A stretch of 57,773 nucleotides of DNA, counting the filler, from Catajapyx aquilonaris (lineage: Eukaryota), in assembly GCA_000934665.2 (NCBI GenBank). It is 4 parts of 4 records of this genome, joined end to end, with 100 filler letters (N's around TTAATTAATTAA, not from the genome) between each part and the next. Parts side by side here need not be neighbours in the genome. Positions count along the whole stretch, not along the records: positions 28,944 to 43,310 come from JYFJ02007803.1; positions 43,411 to 57,773 come from JYFJ02007804.1; 2 more parts are not named here. The stretch is one strand, 5' to 3'. Every line of letters begins with the position of its first letter. Position 1 is the first letter of the stretch. The translations under genes and the position numbers were made by a program. The notes below the pieces were generated by a model, which was not told where the DNA came from, searched no databases, and worked only from the letters and a program-made list of their open reading frames with translations. This document shows positions 38,278-51,295 of this stretch, piece by piece.

Positions 38278-41200
38278 TTAATAGATATTAATATTAAGCA
38301 ACACAAAGTATTTTCTTAATGTTCGGAACACAATGAAAACTTGCTACACACAGTTAAATATTTCCAATAATAAAACACCTTATCTAAGACACCTCGAAAC
38401 TTGTTTATTGTGACCGAACCGGAGAAATTTTCATGTACAGTATGACCATGGGAAGCAATTATGTACGTATATATGCCGACTATGCATTATTAAAAGGAAC
38501 TCAGTTGTCGGATTTTCCATGGGCAACGACGTACACGTTTCTGCGAGAGATTAAATCGCTTGTAGGCCTGGTATTTAGCTTCGACGAATCAACGGCGCAA
38601 ATGGTATGCTACGGAACTAATATTCTGAAGAGCTGTAGTTTGGTTTCGAGGTGGGATTAGTATGGATAAGAAAGGGATAAAATATTTTACAAATATATTA
38701 CGGAATTCTCAAAAGTGAATTCGGATATTTTCGCCACACAACTTGATTGGCCCTTCGATTTACTCCGATTAATCCGTGAAATTAGGAATAATGCCTCTCT
38801 CTCTCTCTCTGAGGGTCGTTTACTGCACTCGTTCACTGTCAGAAAAAAACCGCCTTCAAATTTCGAGTAATTTACGTCATGCTCATACACTCAATTATTA
38901 TGCGTCCACACTTATGTTGGCCCATTTATTTTCACTCCTTTGGATGGAGTATCACTGTGCTGCCTGAATTAGGGAATCGTCCACATCGTTAAAAATGTAA
39001 GCTTAATTGCACACAATGTTCGACTTTAAAATACTCGCCATCTGTCCCGTCTCTGTAAAGTTTGATGCAAATAAAGATCCCACTGTCCTTCTGAGCTAAT
39101 TGCAATCGTCATTTGAATGGGAGCAAAATAACTTTTGCCTAGCCTCCCAACAACTGTGTAAGAGATAACATGAGATGTATTGTGCAACAAATACACAATG
39201 ATTTCTGCCAACCTAATGACTATAATGCACATTAATGAATAGTTATACTTCCCACAGCATGACTGCGAAATGAGCTCACTCCTAAATTAGGCGGCACCAC
39301 GGGCGGCACCAAAAACATCCGTCATTTTCTCCTGCCTTCTTCTAGCCTTTCGAGCCTGTTATAACCGAAAGTCTATAGCAGAGGATGTTGTATACGGATT
39401 AAACTGTAATTTTTTTGTGCGTATCACATAATTATGCGTACATTATGAAATTTTATTTTCAAACACATTGTATATACGTAACGGCGAGTTTCAAGACAAC
39501 TGACAACATCGATTTTCCGCTTGGTATATGACCATGAATAAACCACTACCTGGGTTCCCCTATGGTGCAAATGGGATGTTACGTAACCAATATTATTCTC
39601 AGGAGTATTACGTACACCTAAAGGTAGGAAAGATTGGACGTGTGACAACTATGGAGGAAATGGAAGGAAAATATTTTTGACCAAAGAAAATTTCAGGATT
39701 CTCAAAAGTGAATTATAGGATATTTTTTCATTACTGTCTTAATTTCATTCACTTAATAAGCCTGTTATATGTGGCTTGTTCGATTAATCCTTGATATTGG
39801 GAATAATTCCTGTCTATGGAGCAATTTTCACAAAATCATTTTATATGTAAGAAGCAGTCTGTGGCTTTATCGTGAAAGGAAAATAAATATACCTTATGTT
39901 TGTCCCTTAAAACATTGGTTCCTAATCCAAAATTTAGGGTCACCATAATTCCATAATTATTTTCAAGGCCTAGAAAAGGGAAGAACAATAAATAGAAGAA
40001 AGAGAAGAAAAAATATGGTAAAGAAGGAAAATTTTGTTGGGAAATTCATCTCAAATCTACAAAAGCATTTTACTGTACCTTGATGACCATTTTGGGAATA
40101 AAATATTTGGAGGGAAACTCGAGATTTGGCAAAGTAGAGGGGTGTGGGGGGGGAGTCAACTAGAGTGAAAGTGAAACATGGATCGCCAGGGCGAGAAAAG
40201 GTTTCAGATAGGGTCTCGACGAAAAAAAAAAGGTTGGAAAGCACTACCGGTAGTTTAAAATGTGGCTCTGAACCTATTTAACTAAGAATCACTAACTCGT
40301 GTACTTAACTACCAATGTCATTGGTAACATGCCCAAAAATGAATGGATGCCTTTCCTACCTCATGCAGCATGTGTTATGGATATCTAGGCGATAGCGATG
40401 TAACAGACTTCCATAGACCGCGGAAAAAAGTCTGTAATAAGTAATAACCAAGGTCTGTTGTAGCAATATCGTAACTTTTGCAACGAAAACAGAGCTTTCT
40501 GGTTTACATATGCTTATAATGCCCACTATACTACATACCGAAGCAACATTAGTGTAACTCCTCAGTTGCACATTCGGCCAGTAGATGGCATAATCTTATT
40601 TATGCTCCAATGAGAATTGCCTGCGCCATGGATCATTTCAGGCCAATTTTCGGAGCTTTATTTATTATTTTACTTGGGCCGCTATTGTTCTAAGCGCCTC
40701 GCATTATATCCTTCATAAAAAGTAAACATTTTGTGATTATTTCAGGAAATTTTCTTGCCTAAAAATGAAGGATTCATTAGTAGGCCTACAGCAATTCCCG
40801 TCGTACGGTACTCCAGGAAGCATCTCCGAAAATATTGGAAAAATAATAATAATCAATGTGGCAAGGAAAGTCGAAATCGGTCGAAGTCTATAGGCATCTT
40901 CCATATATGGCAAAATAATTTAAAAGATATTCCAGATTTTCGACATACCTGGAAATATCTTACATTAGTTTTACGTTCCTCCACTATAGTTTTATTGATA
41001 ATTTCAGCTGTTATTTTCTTGGACAACTTCACGAAAAAATCTAAGAAAACATTTGGGTTGTACAGTACGCCCATACTCGATTGAGTCGGAAAGGCTGACA
41101 TCGCAGCAGTATTGAGCGTTTCAGTAATATTCGACATAAGATCTAGCCATAACAGAGAATTTTGCAGCCACGAAGTCACTATCAGAATTTTGGTGTCAGT

Positions 41201-41667
41201 TAAAAGACAAATATATATTTTTTTGTCAAGTACAGTCATTTGCAACAACTTATGTGAATCAAGGATCTCTGCCTATCTATACATAATATTGGCCTCCACA
41301 CGCTGATATAATGTCTGTTGTGGCATATAGACAAACATACATAATTATTGCTTCATGAACTTCTGGTACAACACAGCCCCCTCATCTAACACCTGCTTAG
41401 AAATTTATTGTGATCGTCTAGTTTATACGAGTAGTTGGCTAATGTCTATTAAGTGCAGGAATTTAACGTGCCTTCGCTTTGGGGAACCCTAGTGGGGTTC
41501 TACGCGATCATTTTATGTAGATAGAGTGTGTGCTTCCGCGGCCTATAGTTTCCGAATGCCTGGAATACTGAACACCCATGCCAAAAAATGAAATGAACAT
41601 TTCAAAAATCGGGGGGTTAGAGTGGCTCCGAAATTTCGTAAATCCGGCACTGATCGAACGTAAATTA

Positions 41668-43310
41668 TTATACAACGCATTTGTTTGGCGGAACAATCTC
41701 ATTGCAAGAAGGTTGATTGAATCGACCACGATGCTCACCTTGTGGTCGCTTGTCTGCATCGATAACCAAGTCAAACTCCAGATGAGAAGGAGGACTTTCA
41801 AGTGCAAGTTTGAAGCTTTTGACGTAAGTGTGAGTGGAATGGATCATCTCCTGAAGTTGCAGTATGATGTCCATGCGTAGGTGCAACGGTATTCCGCCAG
41901 CTGTTGCATGTTCCCCACGAAGTAAAGTTGCAGAAACCGTGGACACTGATTTTCTGAAGGAATGAGTGATCCCATGCGATGGTAAATTTGCCCTTGCACT
42001 TTTAATGTAGGCATGAAGCCCCCTTCTCTTACAACGGTGGCCCCAAAAGATGTCATCTGGAAGGCCGAATTGTAATTTCTGGTGGTCTTAAATGTTTTGA
42101 GTTAGGTGATGTACCTAAGAGGAGCATTTTAAGTAGCTGTTGAGGTTCAGCCAGGAGAGGAAGGCTAACCTTTCCATTGGAGCAACATATCGATTTTGTT
42201 TCACCCTTCCACTTCTTTGCCTGACAATGGTGGCATACCTCTGACATGGGACCAATTGCAACAACATCGACAGAAGAATAGTCCATGTCTGTTGAGTAGT
42301 GGCGTACTTTTTGAGAGCTTCAACGCTTTATGTTTGGCTGTAGATGTCCTGCTGAGGGAGCTGAATAAATAGCCCTGAATGGAATATAATGGAGGCATTT
42401 GCGTTCATTTATTAAATTTTAGTTCTAGGGTTCTCGTGTTGAGACTGTTTTTCTTTTGGTATTTTAAGCTTTACGATTATGTGATTTAAATGTTTTAAAG
42501 TTTTTGTTTTTATAGTTCCTTGTTCATGGGGACACAGTCCACTTATTGGATTTTCCTTTTGGGTTTCTGTCTCGAGACGGCTTTCCCTTGGTCATTTTAG
42601 TTTTAAGGCTGGGAGCTTCATGGTTTTAGGGTTTTGGCGTTCTTGGGCCTCAACTACTGTAGACTTTTGAGGAGCTTTGCTCCAGCAGGGGTGCAAGCTC
42701 ATATTGGCCGGGTCTTCCCCACTTAACTATTATTTAAAGTAGTGGAAAGCGGCATTTAGGAGGCGGGTTGATGAAAATGGTGCTAATCTCCTGGTGATGG
42801 CCGCATTTCTCATAGAGTGGAGACATGCTTGGTGTCCTTCATCAGTGTCTTGCTTGGTCCCTCCTTTGCCGAACTCTGCGTGTATCCGATAAGCTTCTGC
42901 CAATGCTACTAGGTTTTTTTTTTGGCCCAGCTTACAGTCGGTGGGGTGTTGAGAATGTGGAGGTCCAAACGTTACAAAGTGAAAAAAATGCAAAACGATT
43001 GACAACTACATGACACAGTACGTATACCACATTATACCACACCTTATACCTTACACCTTTATACAAATTATACCACACCTTATACCTTACACCTTTATAC
43101 AAATTATACCACACCTTAACAACGTTATCCCATATCCCGTAACGCCTTTTGAAAATACGTTGAGAATTTGGAGGTACAAACCAAAGAGCTTATACTAGGA
43201 AGAGTGGAAAAAACGGTTTCCAAGCGTCGCCACTTTTTGGCCAGTTGTTTGGCCAACGTGTTTTGCTGTTGGATCACTACGCGGCGCCACTAGGCGGCAC
43301 CGTCGAGTGC
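41668..43310 (-). mobile_element. Helitron fragment: 5' region and N-terminal Rep coding part, frameshifted
   Basis: IGPMSEVCHHCQAKKWKGET..CCSNGKVSLP; FQMTSFG..KVQGQIYHRMGSL..FLQLYF; ADKRPQGEHRGRFNQP; 36-bp tandem repeats at 43032-43120. Confidence 0.85.
42303..42737 (+). mobile_element. 5'-truncated R1-related LINE (last 22 codons plus 3' UTR) inserted in the Helitron
   Basis: 8-bp TSD AGTAGTGG (42295-42302, 42738-42745), present once in the uninterrupted copy at 21631-21638. VLFESFNALCLAVDVLLRELNK* matches the end of ORF2 at 5387 at 12 of 22 residues. Confidence 0.8.
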
Positions 43311-44035
43311 NNNNNNNNNNNNNNNNNNNNNNNNNNNNNNNNNNNNNNNNNNNNTTAATTAATTAANNNNNNNNNNNNNNNNNNNNNNNNNNNNNNNNNN
43401 NNNNNNNNNNTAAACTCACACCATTTCCATTAACCCTGACATCCCCATAACGACCCAACACTCCCTCATACCCCGGGCGAGAGACACCCACCCAAGAATT
43501 AAAATCAGATATACGGTTATAAATACACGAACACATGCCTAAAGCAGCTAACTGGGCCTAAAAAGAGTCTGTTATTATGAGTCGGTTAAAGCAAGGTCAG
43601 AGAAGGCCCGCAGCATCTCCAACTTTACTCTCCGACTGCCATAAGAGTGAACCTTTTGGGAAATCCTTCCGCGTTTCCATAGCAATGTCAACAGAGCAAG
43701 GTGGCCAGACATGGAAATTCTTCGCAGCTTATAATCCTGTTTTTGGATTATTTTAAAATGGTTAACATCAGATTCGATAGCATGAAGTGGTAAATGGTCC
43801 TAGCATGGTACTTAATTATAATGGTTCAAGTGAAGGGCTCCAAATACGTCCCTACAGGCGCCAAATTCCACCAGGTAAAACACCCCGATCTGGCAACAAA
43901 AGCAGGTACAGATAAATCAAAACATTTTACTCTACATCGTATTCCCGAAACCGGCCATTTCTTTTGTACAGTTAAGGTTCACTCTTATAGTATTCGGAGT
44001 ATATGCTTGGGACTGTACGTGTACTGCATCATATA

Positions 44036-44361
44036 GGGAGGCGGAGTGGTGCTGCGGTAACGTATGCGCCCACGGATGTTAAGGTCCCGGGTTCGATCCC
44101 AACCCGGGGACACCCCCTTCATCTCGTGCAGAGTTCAGGGTCACCTCTGGCTTCATCTTGGGTGGTATTTCCACAGACTAAACCACCCGGGGGAGTTCAC
44201 TAAAAATGGCCACAGCGTCAGATGCACTGCACCTTGCACATCCCCTCCTGTCATCCTGCCCGTGGGTCCGAGCATTTCAAATGAATAGGCTCCATGTACC
44301 ATCATCAAATAAAGGTCCGTGCGATATGCCCCCAGGTGGGGGCGAAAGCACATTACCCCAG

Positions 44362-44427
<66 letters not shown>
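44036..44427 (+). mobile_element. Full-length tRNA-derived SINE with (ATT)n tail
   Basis: A box TGGTGCTGCGG; B box GGTTCGATCCC; 14-bp TSD TACTGCATCATATA (44022-44035, 44428-44441). Confidence 0.9.
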
Positions 44428-44430
<3 letters not shown>

Positions 44431-44643
44431 TGCATCATATACACTATTGGAGAAAAAGATTGAGACAATTTTGAACTCAGTTTGAATTCCAAATCATCTT
44501 AATCTTTATACCTGATATAGTACATTTGAATAGATATTCAGTAAGGAGTACTCTCTATTACTCTTCCACAACATATAGGCCTAAGCCAAACGGGGGGAAA
44601 CCATGTCCTACATAACTTGACACCCCCTTTCAATGCCATTTAG

Positions 44644-45220
44644 GTGTGCACTCAGCGGTATGATCGGCGCCCATATGGTGTTGGCCTTCTGGTAGCTTCG
44701 TTTGATGATCTGGGTCCACACGTGTACCAGACATGCCCATCAGCCAACTACTTTGATTGCAAGGCCATGGCCATTGGATCACGATCTCAGTCTGCCCGCA
44801 CGTACCTGGAGAAAAACCTCGATGCATTGTCAGATTGCACGCTGAATGAGCTCATCAATCATGGGCTGCATGCTCTCCGGGACACCCTGCCCAATGAGAT
44901 AGAGCTCAACGACAAGGTCAGTATATTAATATTCTAAATGCTGGGTATAACTGGTAACCTATACCACAAATACCTCATTGATAATAATTCCCATGCATCT
45001 TTACAATGGGCACCAGAACGTTTCCATTGGCGTTGTGGGTGAGGGTCAGCCCTTTGTGATCTACAATGATGACGCCGTAACTGAATACCTGGGGTTCGTC
45101 GAGATTGAGGAGCGCCGTGGTGTGTCAGCAACCCCCAGTGATATTGCCATGGTTGGTGAGGGTTCTGAGAGTGCCAGGGATGCTCCTGAAGTAGCTCCTC
45201 CTAGCATGGACACTGAGTGA
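44644..45220 (+). CDS. PSMA1: Proteasome subunit alpha type-1 (Prosalpha6-like); last two coding exons 44644-44916 and 45017-45220
   Basis: [63 protein letters not shown] acceptor; 100-bp GT..AG phase-0 intron; stop at 45218-45220. Confidence 0.93.
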
Positions 45221-45334
45221 GATAAGAAGAAGCCTTGTTCTTCACTCATTTTGAAGTTTCTTTTTTTTAAATTTTTTTTATTCCAACCGTGTGCACCATT
45301 GATGTTTTTGAGAAGGGAGGATTGCTGGAAACAA

Positions 45335-45340
45335 AATAAA
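45335..45340 (+). promoter_or_regulatory. Probable polyadenylation signal of PSMA1
   Basis: AATAAA about 115 nt after the stop codon. Confidence 0.5.
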
Positions 45341-47619
45341 AATTCAACCTCAACACATGCGTTTTGATAAGGAGTTATTTAACCCCAATATACAGATCAG
45401 TTCTTGAGGTATTATTATGTTCAATGTTATTACAGTTAATTGTAATTAAATACTTTGAAACAATAACTTGCTATGTCCAATGAGGATACTTTTGAGAAAA
45501 AAGAAAAATTGACCAGCTTCTGAATCTGATAAGGTAACAAGACTAAATAAACTTAAAATGCAGATTTCTGTCCAGACTTCTGGTGGAACCTTAAAGTAGA
45601 TAGCCTGCAACAGATTGTATTGAAGTCCAGTGTCTTATGTTTTAAGGCGACTTATTCATTCTACGATGGAGGGTCAAAAAGTTATCTACCTAGGTATGAA
45701 GGACATGTGTTATAACTCACACAATGTCATTTTTTCTAGATGTAATCTCCCATCATCTCAATGCACTTTCATCATTTGTCTGAAAGTGATCCGATTCCAC
45801 TCGAAAGAAATTTCAAAGTTTGGTCTGCAATCCACTGGTCTGCCACCAATTTTCAATTCATTATCACCACCAAAATGACGTTCCCAAAGTTCTTTTTTAG
45901 GTGACGAAGTCACTCTGGGCTAGGTCCAGACTGTAGGGTGGATAATTCATCACCTGGAAGCTCCAGTTTCTGATGGAATCTTGAACAACACGGCAGGTGT
46001 GTACTGGGGAATTGTCGTGGATCAGACACACACCTCTGGTGATCTTCCCACATCGTTTTGAAGCAATGGCTTCTCTCAGTCGCTTTAGTAGGTCAGCGTA
46101 GATACTGCCGGTGATTGTTTTATGGGGCATGTTGTCTCCCAAATACACACCTTCAGAATCCCAAAATATGTGGCCATAACCTTGCCCCACGAAGGTTGCG
46201 TATTAGGGTGGATTGATTTTTTTTTTTAAAGATGTCAAAACCTACCTATGCAGAAAAGATGTTCTATGATATATAGATTAAGGGAAAAATAAAATAAAAT
46301 AAATTAATTTTAAGGTTAAACACTGCAGCATAAGGGTTGAAGTTTAGGTATTTGAGCATTTTTATGGTAGTATTGAAAGTGATTTTTGTTAAAGTGAAAC
46401 AGGCATTTTAGTATATTTAATGCTTATTGCAAAGAGAAGACACATACTAAATGTTTACAAGAAAAAAAAACAGATAAATTGAACAGTTTCTTTAGCATTA
46501 AATAAGAAAAACCTAGAAAGACATCGAAATTACAGTGGACGGTAATCACATTTGGTGCTGAAAACTGGCATGAGTTTTCGTGATTCCAGGCAATTTTTTA
46601 TAAATCCGTCTGCATGGTCCGCAGACAGCAGCAGATGCTTCCGTGACAATTTTGACTACTCGTTCTGTAGCTTGAGTGTGGCAGGGAAACTCCTTGATGG
46701 TAGGTAGGATGGCCGCCTGAATGATTGCTGGATTTACCATTGCTTCTGAAATCGTGTCATCATTAAATCGTTCAGTCAGAGGGGCTCAAGTCACATTTTC
46801 CCACTTAATCAAGTCCACATAATCCGTCGCACAAAGGTCAAATTCTGGTAACTTGAAGATACGGATATTATTCATTGCAATGGTTGCAGCAGACCATTTG
46901 ACTTTGCGCTTTCAGGATTCTTCGAAGGGCCAATTCCTTTATGTCACTTCTCTCGTCAGCCAGCATTGATATCGGAACATTTTTGGGATGGCCAAAAAAC
47001 CATTTCTTTTAATAACAGGGTCGATGACGTCTTTCAAATCTCTCGACAAATAACGCGATAGAATGACTGATTGATGCAAGTGCTGCGCACCATAGTTGAT
47101 CGATGGTTTTGTCTCGATGTTGAACCACATAGGCGCATACACTTTTACGATGAACGTCGTTAATGTCACTAAAGCCTCTGATGGATTTTCGTAAGATACA
47201 TAGAGCCTGAGAATCCTGTTTGCGGTTGTAAGCCACCGTGAGTGGCAAACTTTTCCAGGGTTTCTCTTCTACAGACTTTTATTGCAATGTCCGCAGTCGA
47301 TGGCGTCACAAATTTCCATTAAATACAGTTGATCAGTACTTAAGTCTTTCTTGTTAGTGACTTCAGGTAGCGTGCATTCTATTGCAGTGAATGAAACTAC
47401 AGGTAGCTTCTCGCATCATTCTAACGATTTTTCAATTTCGCATGTGAAGCTTCTGGGCCCAGTAGTATGCCTGTAGTAGTATTACTGCTCTATAAGGGAT
47501 TGACTGACTGATTGTAGAGTGTGCGGCGGGGAGGGGCAGGTGGGTCATGAAATGTTGCTATGTAGTACTACTCAATCAGTAATCACCATTTTTGGTATTT
47601 ATATTGCAGAAAAACAATT

Positions 47620-48846
47620 GAAGGGGTCGGTGCAATACTGCCCTAACCCTCCAAAACCTAATTTCGAGAAAAACGCATTTGAAAGTTTGAGATGACCCAT
47701 AAATCACATTTTCCATGGGACAATTTTCATTTCTACCCCAATATACAAGGCACTAATAAGGAACATTTACGTGCTATTTTGATGATGATGATGCACCACC
47801 CACTCTAAGAGTGAACAAAATAAGGTGGCCGCGTGTGAAAAAATGGCTTAGGGCAGTATTGCACCCAACTTGTAATGCGAACTAAATTGGTCAAGAACGT
47901 ATCACAAGTTAGTTTAATGTTCATATAAATGATATCAAATGAACTGTCGTGAGATGAGGAACATTTTGGTGGCAACTGGTTTAACCTAGATTGTAAAATA
48001 AAAATGTTTAAAAAATGGCATTATTGAGCAAAACGGACACATTTCATATTGTCCAATGTCATGGTTAAACACATGCTAAGGGTGTGGAATTAATATGGTA
48101 GGTATACATTGTCATCTGATCATTACTATACTGTCGAAGGACAACATCACAGGTCAAGCAGTCTTGGAAATAAAACTTCTGAAATGTCTGTTTTCCACTA
48201 ATTTGGTCATCTTTGGGGTCATTTTTCTCAGTGTGGGGCTGGGTCAATTTTTAAGTTATCGCAGAAACGTCTTTTCATGCATAACATAGCGGTATAAGAA
48301 CTGTTCACTTACCATGAATGGTTCACTCGCAACATCAAATAACGTGGAGTAGCCTACAGAGGGCTTTTTCCGACATTTCGATTTATTATCTCCAAGTCTG
48401 CTTGACCTTGATGTTGTCCTGCAGTAGTAATGACTACTGATGATCAGATGACAATGTACCTACCATATTAATTCCACGCGCTTAGCATGTATTTAACAAT
48501 GACATTCGACCATATGAAATGTGTCCGTTTTGCACAATAATTCGATTTTTTTAGCATTTTAATTTTACAATCTAGGTTAAACATGTTGCCACAAAATGTT
48601 CCTCATCTCACAACAGTTCATTTGATATAATATGAACATGAGGGTACGACAATAATTTCACCTGAAATAAATGGACCTTCGAATCCGGCTCCATTGTTGC
48701 TGAAAGACGTTGCCATATCTCCGTGGGATTTTCACCTGGGAGGCTCTTAACTTTATTTTTGGCAACACTTCAAAGATTTTTATATCAAATTATGAGATGG
48801 TCGAGCCACCAAGTTGTCTGTCTTGACATGGAATGACCCAACTACG

Positions 48847-48939
<93 letters not shown>

Positions 48940-49310
48940 TTGCTGCAATGGACTAATATTTTGCACATCATCATTATCAGGATCGAACTCTGAATCTTAG
49001 GTACTCTCATCCACATCGGTGTCATCAGAGAAAAGCTCACTATTTAAGCCCAACTCGTGAGACACAGCTGCTCGCAGCTGCATCCTGCGCGCTGCAATAT
49101 TTGAAGACGGAGGATTAGGGCGGTTTTGCTGCAGAAAAGGCATTCATAACCTTGCAGCAATAAAAACATTGTTTGATTTCTCACCGACAAATGGCAGAAA
49201 CTGGACAATCTCAGTGTACTTTATTAGATATTTGAGTGTAGTATATGGAAGTGCGCGAAACTCAATTTGTGTCATTTGGTGGGTTAGGGCAGTATTGCAC
49301 CGACCCCTTC
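47620..49310. mobile_element. Sola-like non-autonomous element inside the hAT element
   Basis: Perfect 30-bp TIR GAAGGGGTCGGTGCAATACTGCCCTAACCC; 4-bp AATT TSD. Confidence 0.75.
47930..48843. repeat. Inverted-repeat DNA element fragment, same family as 51296-52260
   Basis: 47930-48190 is inverted at 48370-48630; 48370-48843 is the reverse complement of about 51296-51770; terminus GGGTCATTCCATGTCAA. Confidence 0.7.
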
Positions 49311-50166
49311 AATTATTTGGAGTAGAAAATCATCTAACCAAAAGATAGTCTTCTTTCATTTTTTCCCGAAAATTCAACCCCCTTGCGGCAGTGTTAAACC
49401 TTTAAAATATATCTTTTTAAATTTTTTATCTTAATCTCCATACCATATAACATCTTTTCCGCATAGGTAGGTTTTGATTAATAACATATATTTTTTCTCC
49501 ATACAAGAGCGATCCATCCTATTGCGTATGGCACTTCTTAGGTGGTAAGGAATTCGCATGTTTCCATTGCATGGACTCCCTATGTGTTTCAGGATCCCAG
49601 GTTTCGTCTCCTGTCACTATCTGGGGCAAAAATATGTCAACATCTGCTTCATACATGCCAAGTTCTCTTGAGAGCATGCGACGCGGACAGACTTCTGGAG
49701 TGGCGAGAGCAACCTGGCTACCCATCGAGTACAAACCTTCCACGTCCCCAAAAGATTGTGCAGGATGGTTAGGACACTTGATTTGGAGATGCCCACCTCC
49801 TTGGCTATCTGTGAAGCCTTTAATCGCCTGTTTTTCATCACAAGATCCCTACATTTTGGCACATGTCACTTGATGTTGCCTCTACAGACCTGGAGTGGGG
49901 GTCATCTTCAAATGACTCCCTGCCCCACTTAAATTGCTTGCACCAATACTTAGTTTGGTCAATGGAAGGAGAACTGTCCCCATACACTGTCTTTAACCTG
50001 TGGTGAACATTAAAAGGTCGTTGCCACTCCAATGCAATGTGAGAAAATTCATGACAGCACGGTGCTTCAATTTCTTGAAATCCATCCTTGCCCACATCTG
50101 CCTAGCTTCGCAACACCACTGCTCGTTCATTTCTGAGCGGATTGTGGTCAAACTTGCACACTTGTA

Positions 50167-50599
50167 CAGTGCCGTGCACAATAGCATATAACAAGTGTAA
50201 ACAACGACTTTGGCGTTACCTGGCAACTGGGCGTGTTCGGACATCGGCATGTGGAGAGGGCTTAGCGTTCTTTCTGTCGTTGCCACTGTTTACAGGTAGC
50301 GATTGATGCTGGGCGACATATAGCGAAGGGTGTGTGCATGCTTACCAATGCATGGCATCGGAATAAGTGGGCTGAGGGGATATTATTTTGAGAAGGCGCT
50401 TCGTTATTATCACACTATCGTCACTGTCTTACTCCCACGATGATGGAGTTACGGAATGGCCGTTAGAGACATTGCACTAGCACTTTGCACATCCCCTCCT
50501 ATACCTACCCTGGAGTAATTAAATAAGATCTTATATGGCTCCAATTTCCGATGGTGGTAATCCACCCCCCTAAAGGATATGGTAAATCCCAATGGGGTA

Positions 50600-50670
<71 letters not shown>

Positions 50671-50885
50671 TCCCCCTCAGCCCGCTCATTCCGATGCCAT
50701 GCATTGGTAAGCATGCACACACCCTTCGCTATATGTCGCCCAGCATCAATCGCTACCTGTAAACAGTGGCAACGACAGAAAGAACGCTAAGCACTCTCCA
50801 CATGCCGATGTCCGAACGCGCCCAGTTGCCAGGTAACGCCAAAGTCGTTGTTTACACTTGTTATATGCTATTGTGCACGGCACTG
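50167..50885. mobile_element. Tc1-like palindromic MITE in the mariner 5' UTR
   Basis: TA TSD; near-perfect arms of about 215 bp starting CAGTGCCGTGCACAATAGC. Confidence 0.85.
50385..50668 (+). mobile_element. SINE-related fragment with (TAA)n tail at the MITE centre
   Basis: Core GGAGTT..AATGGCCGTTAGAGACATTGCAC..TTGCACATCCCCTCCT is shared with the SINEs at 436 and 44036. Confidence 0.65.
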
Positions 50886-51295
50886 TACCAGAAGGGTTGA
50901 AAATACCTCTGATTTAAAAATTATGCCGCTAAGCCATGTCCTTCATACCTAGGTAGATAACTTTTTGACCCTCCGTCGTATGAGTAGAATTGGGTAAGTA
51001 GTCTTAGAACATACAGTAGAATGAAACATTTGAGCTGCACTTCTGCAGTACAGTAAATTGTACTCCCGACGGAAGGATTTTCATATAAGCTGACCGGAAT
51101 TGGGAGGGGCAGGGGTACGCTGTACCAACATACATAACCCATGACCTAACTTTCCTTCCCTGCGGACACAGGAAAATTGTCCCTAGATACCGTAAATTGA
51201 GCTTTGCACAGGTTTAAAAAAATTTTAACTGTTGTACAGTACATAGTGCATGCTGATTAAAGTGGAGGTGTTACATTACTGCTCAACCATTGACA

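Larger units (their letters stand above)
46204..49521 (-). mobile_element. hAT-superfamily (hATm-like) element inside the mariner
   Basis: 8-bp TSD TTGCGTAT (46196-46203, 49522-49529); termini TAGGGTGGATTG / TAGGATGGATCG with mirrored subterminal CAAAACCTACCTATGC; transposase remnants HSRWLTTANRILRLYV, KVYAPMWFNI, FPCHTQATERVVK. Confidence 0.85.
45664..50978 (-). mobile_element. Mariner element, decayed, carrying nested insertions
   Basis: TA TSD; TIR CGA(T/C)GGAGGGTCAAAAAGTTATCTACCTAGGTATGAAGGACATG. Transposase pieces HRAVMNFL, QFKWGRESFEDDPHS, IVTGDETW, SMQWKH..PPKK, FWDSEGV, HDNSPVHT, YPPYSLDLAQSDF. Confidence 0.92.

Noticed and set aside
44036..44110. tRNA gene
   Set aside because: It has A and B boxes but no acceptor-stem pairing or poly-T terminator; it has a body, tail and TSD, so it is a SINE.
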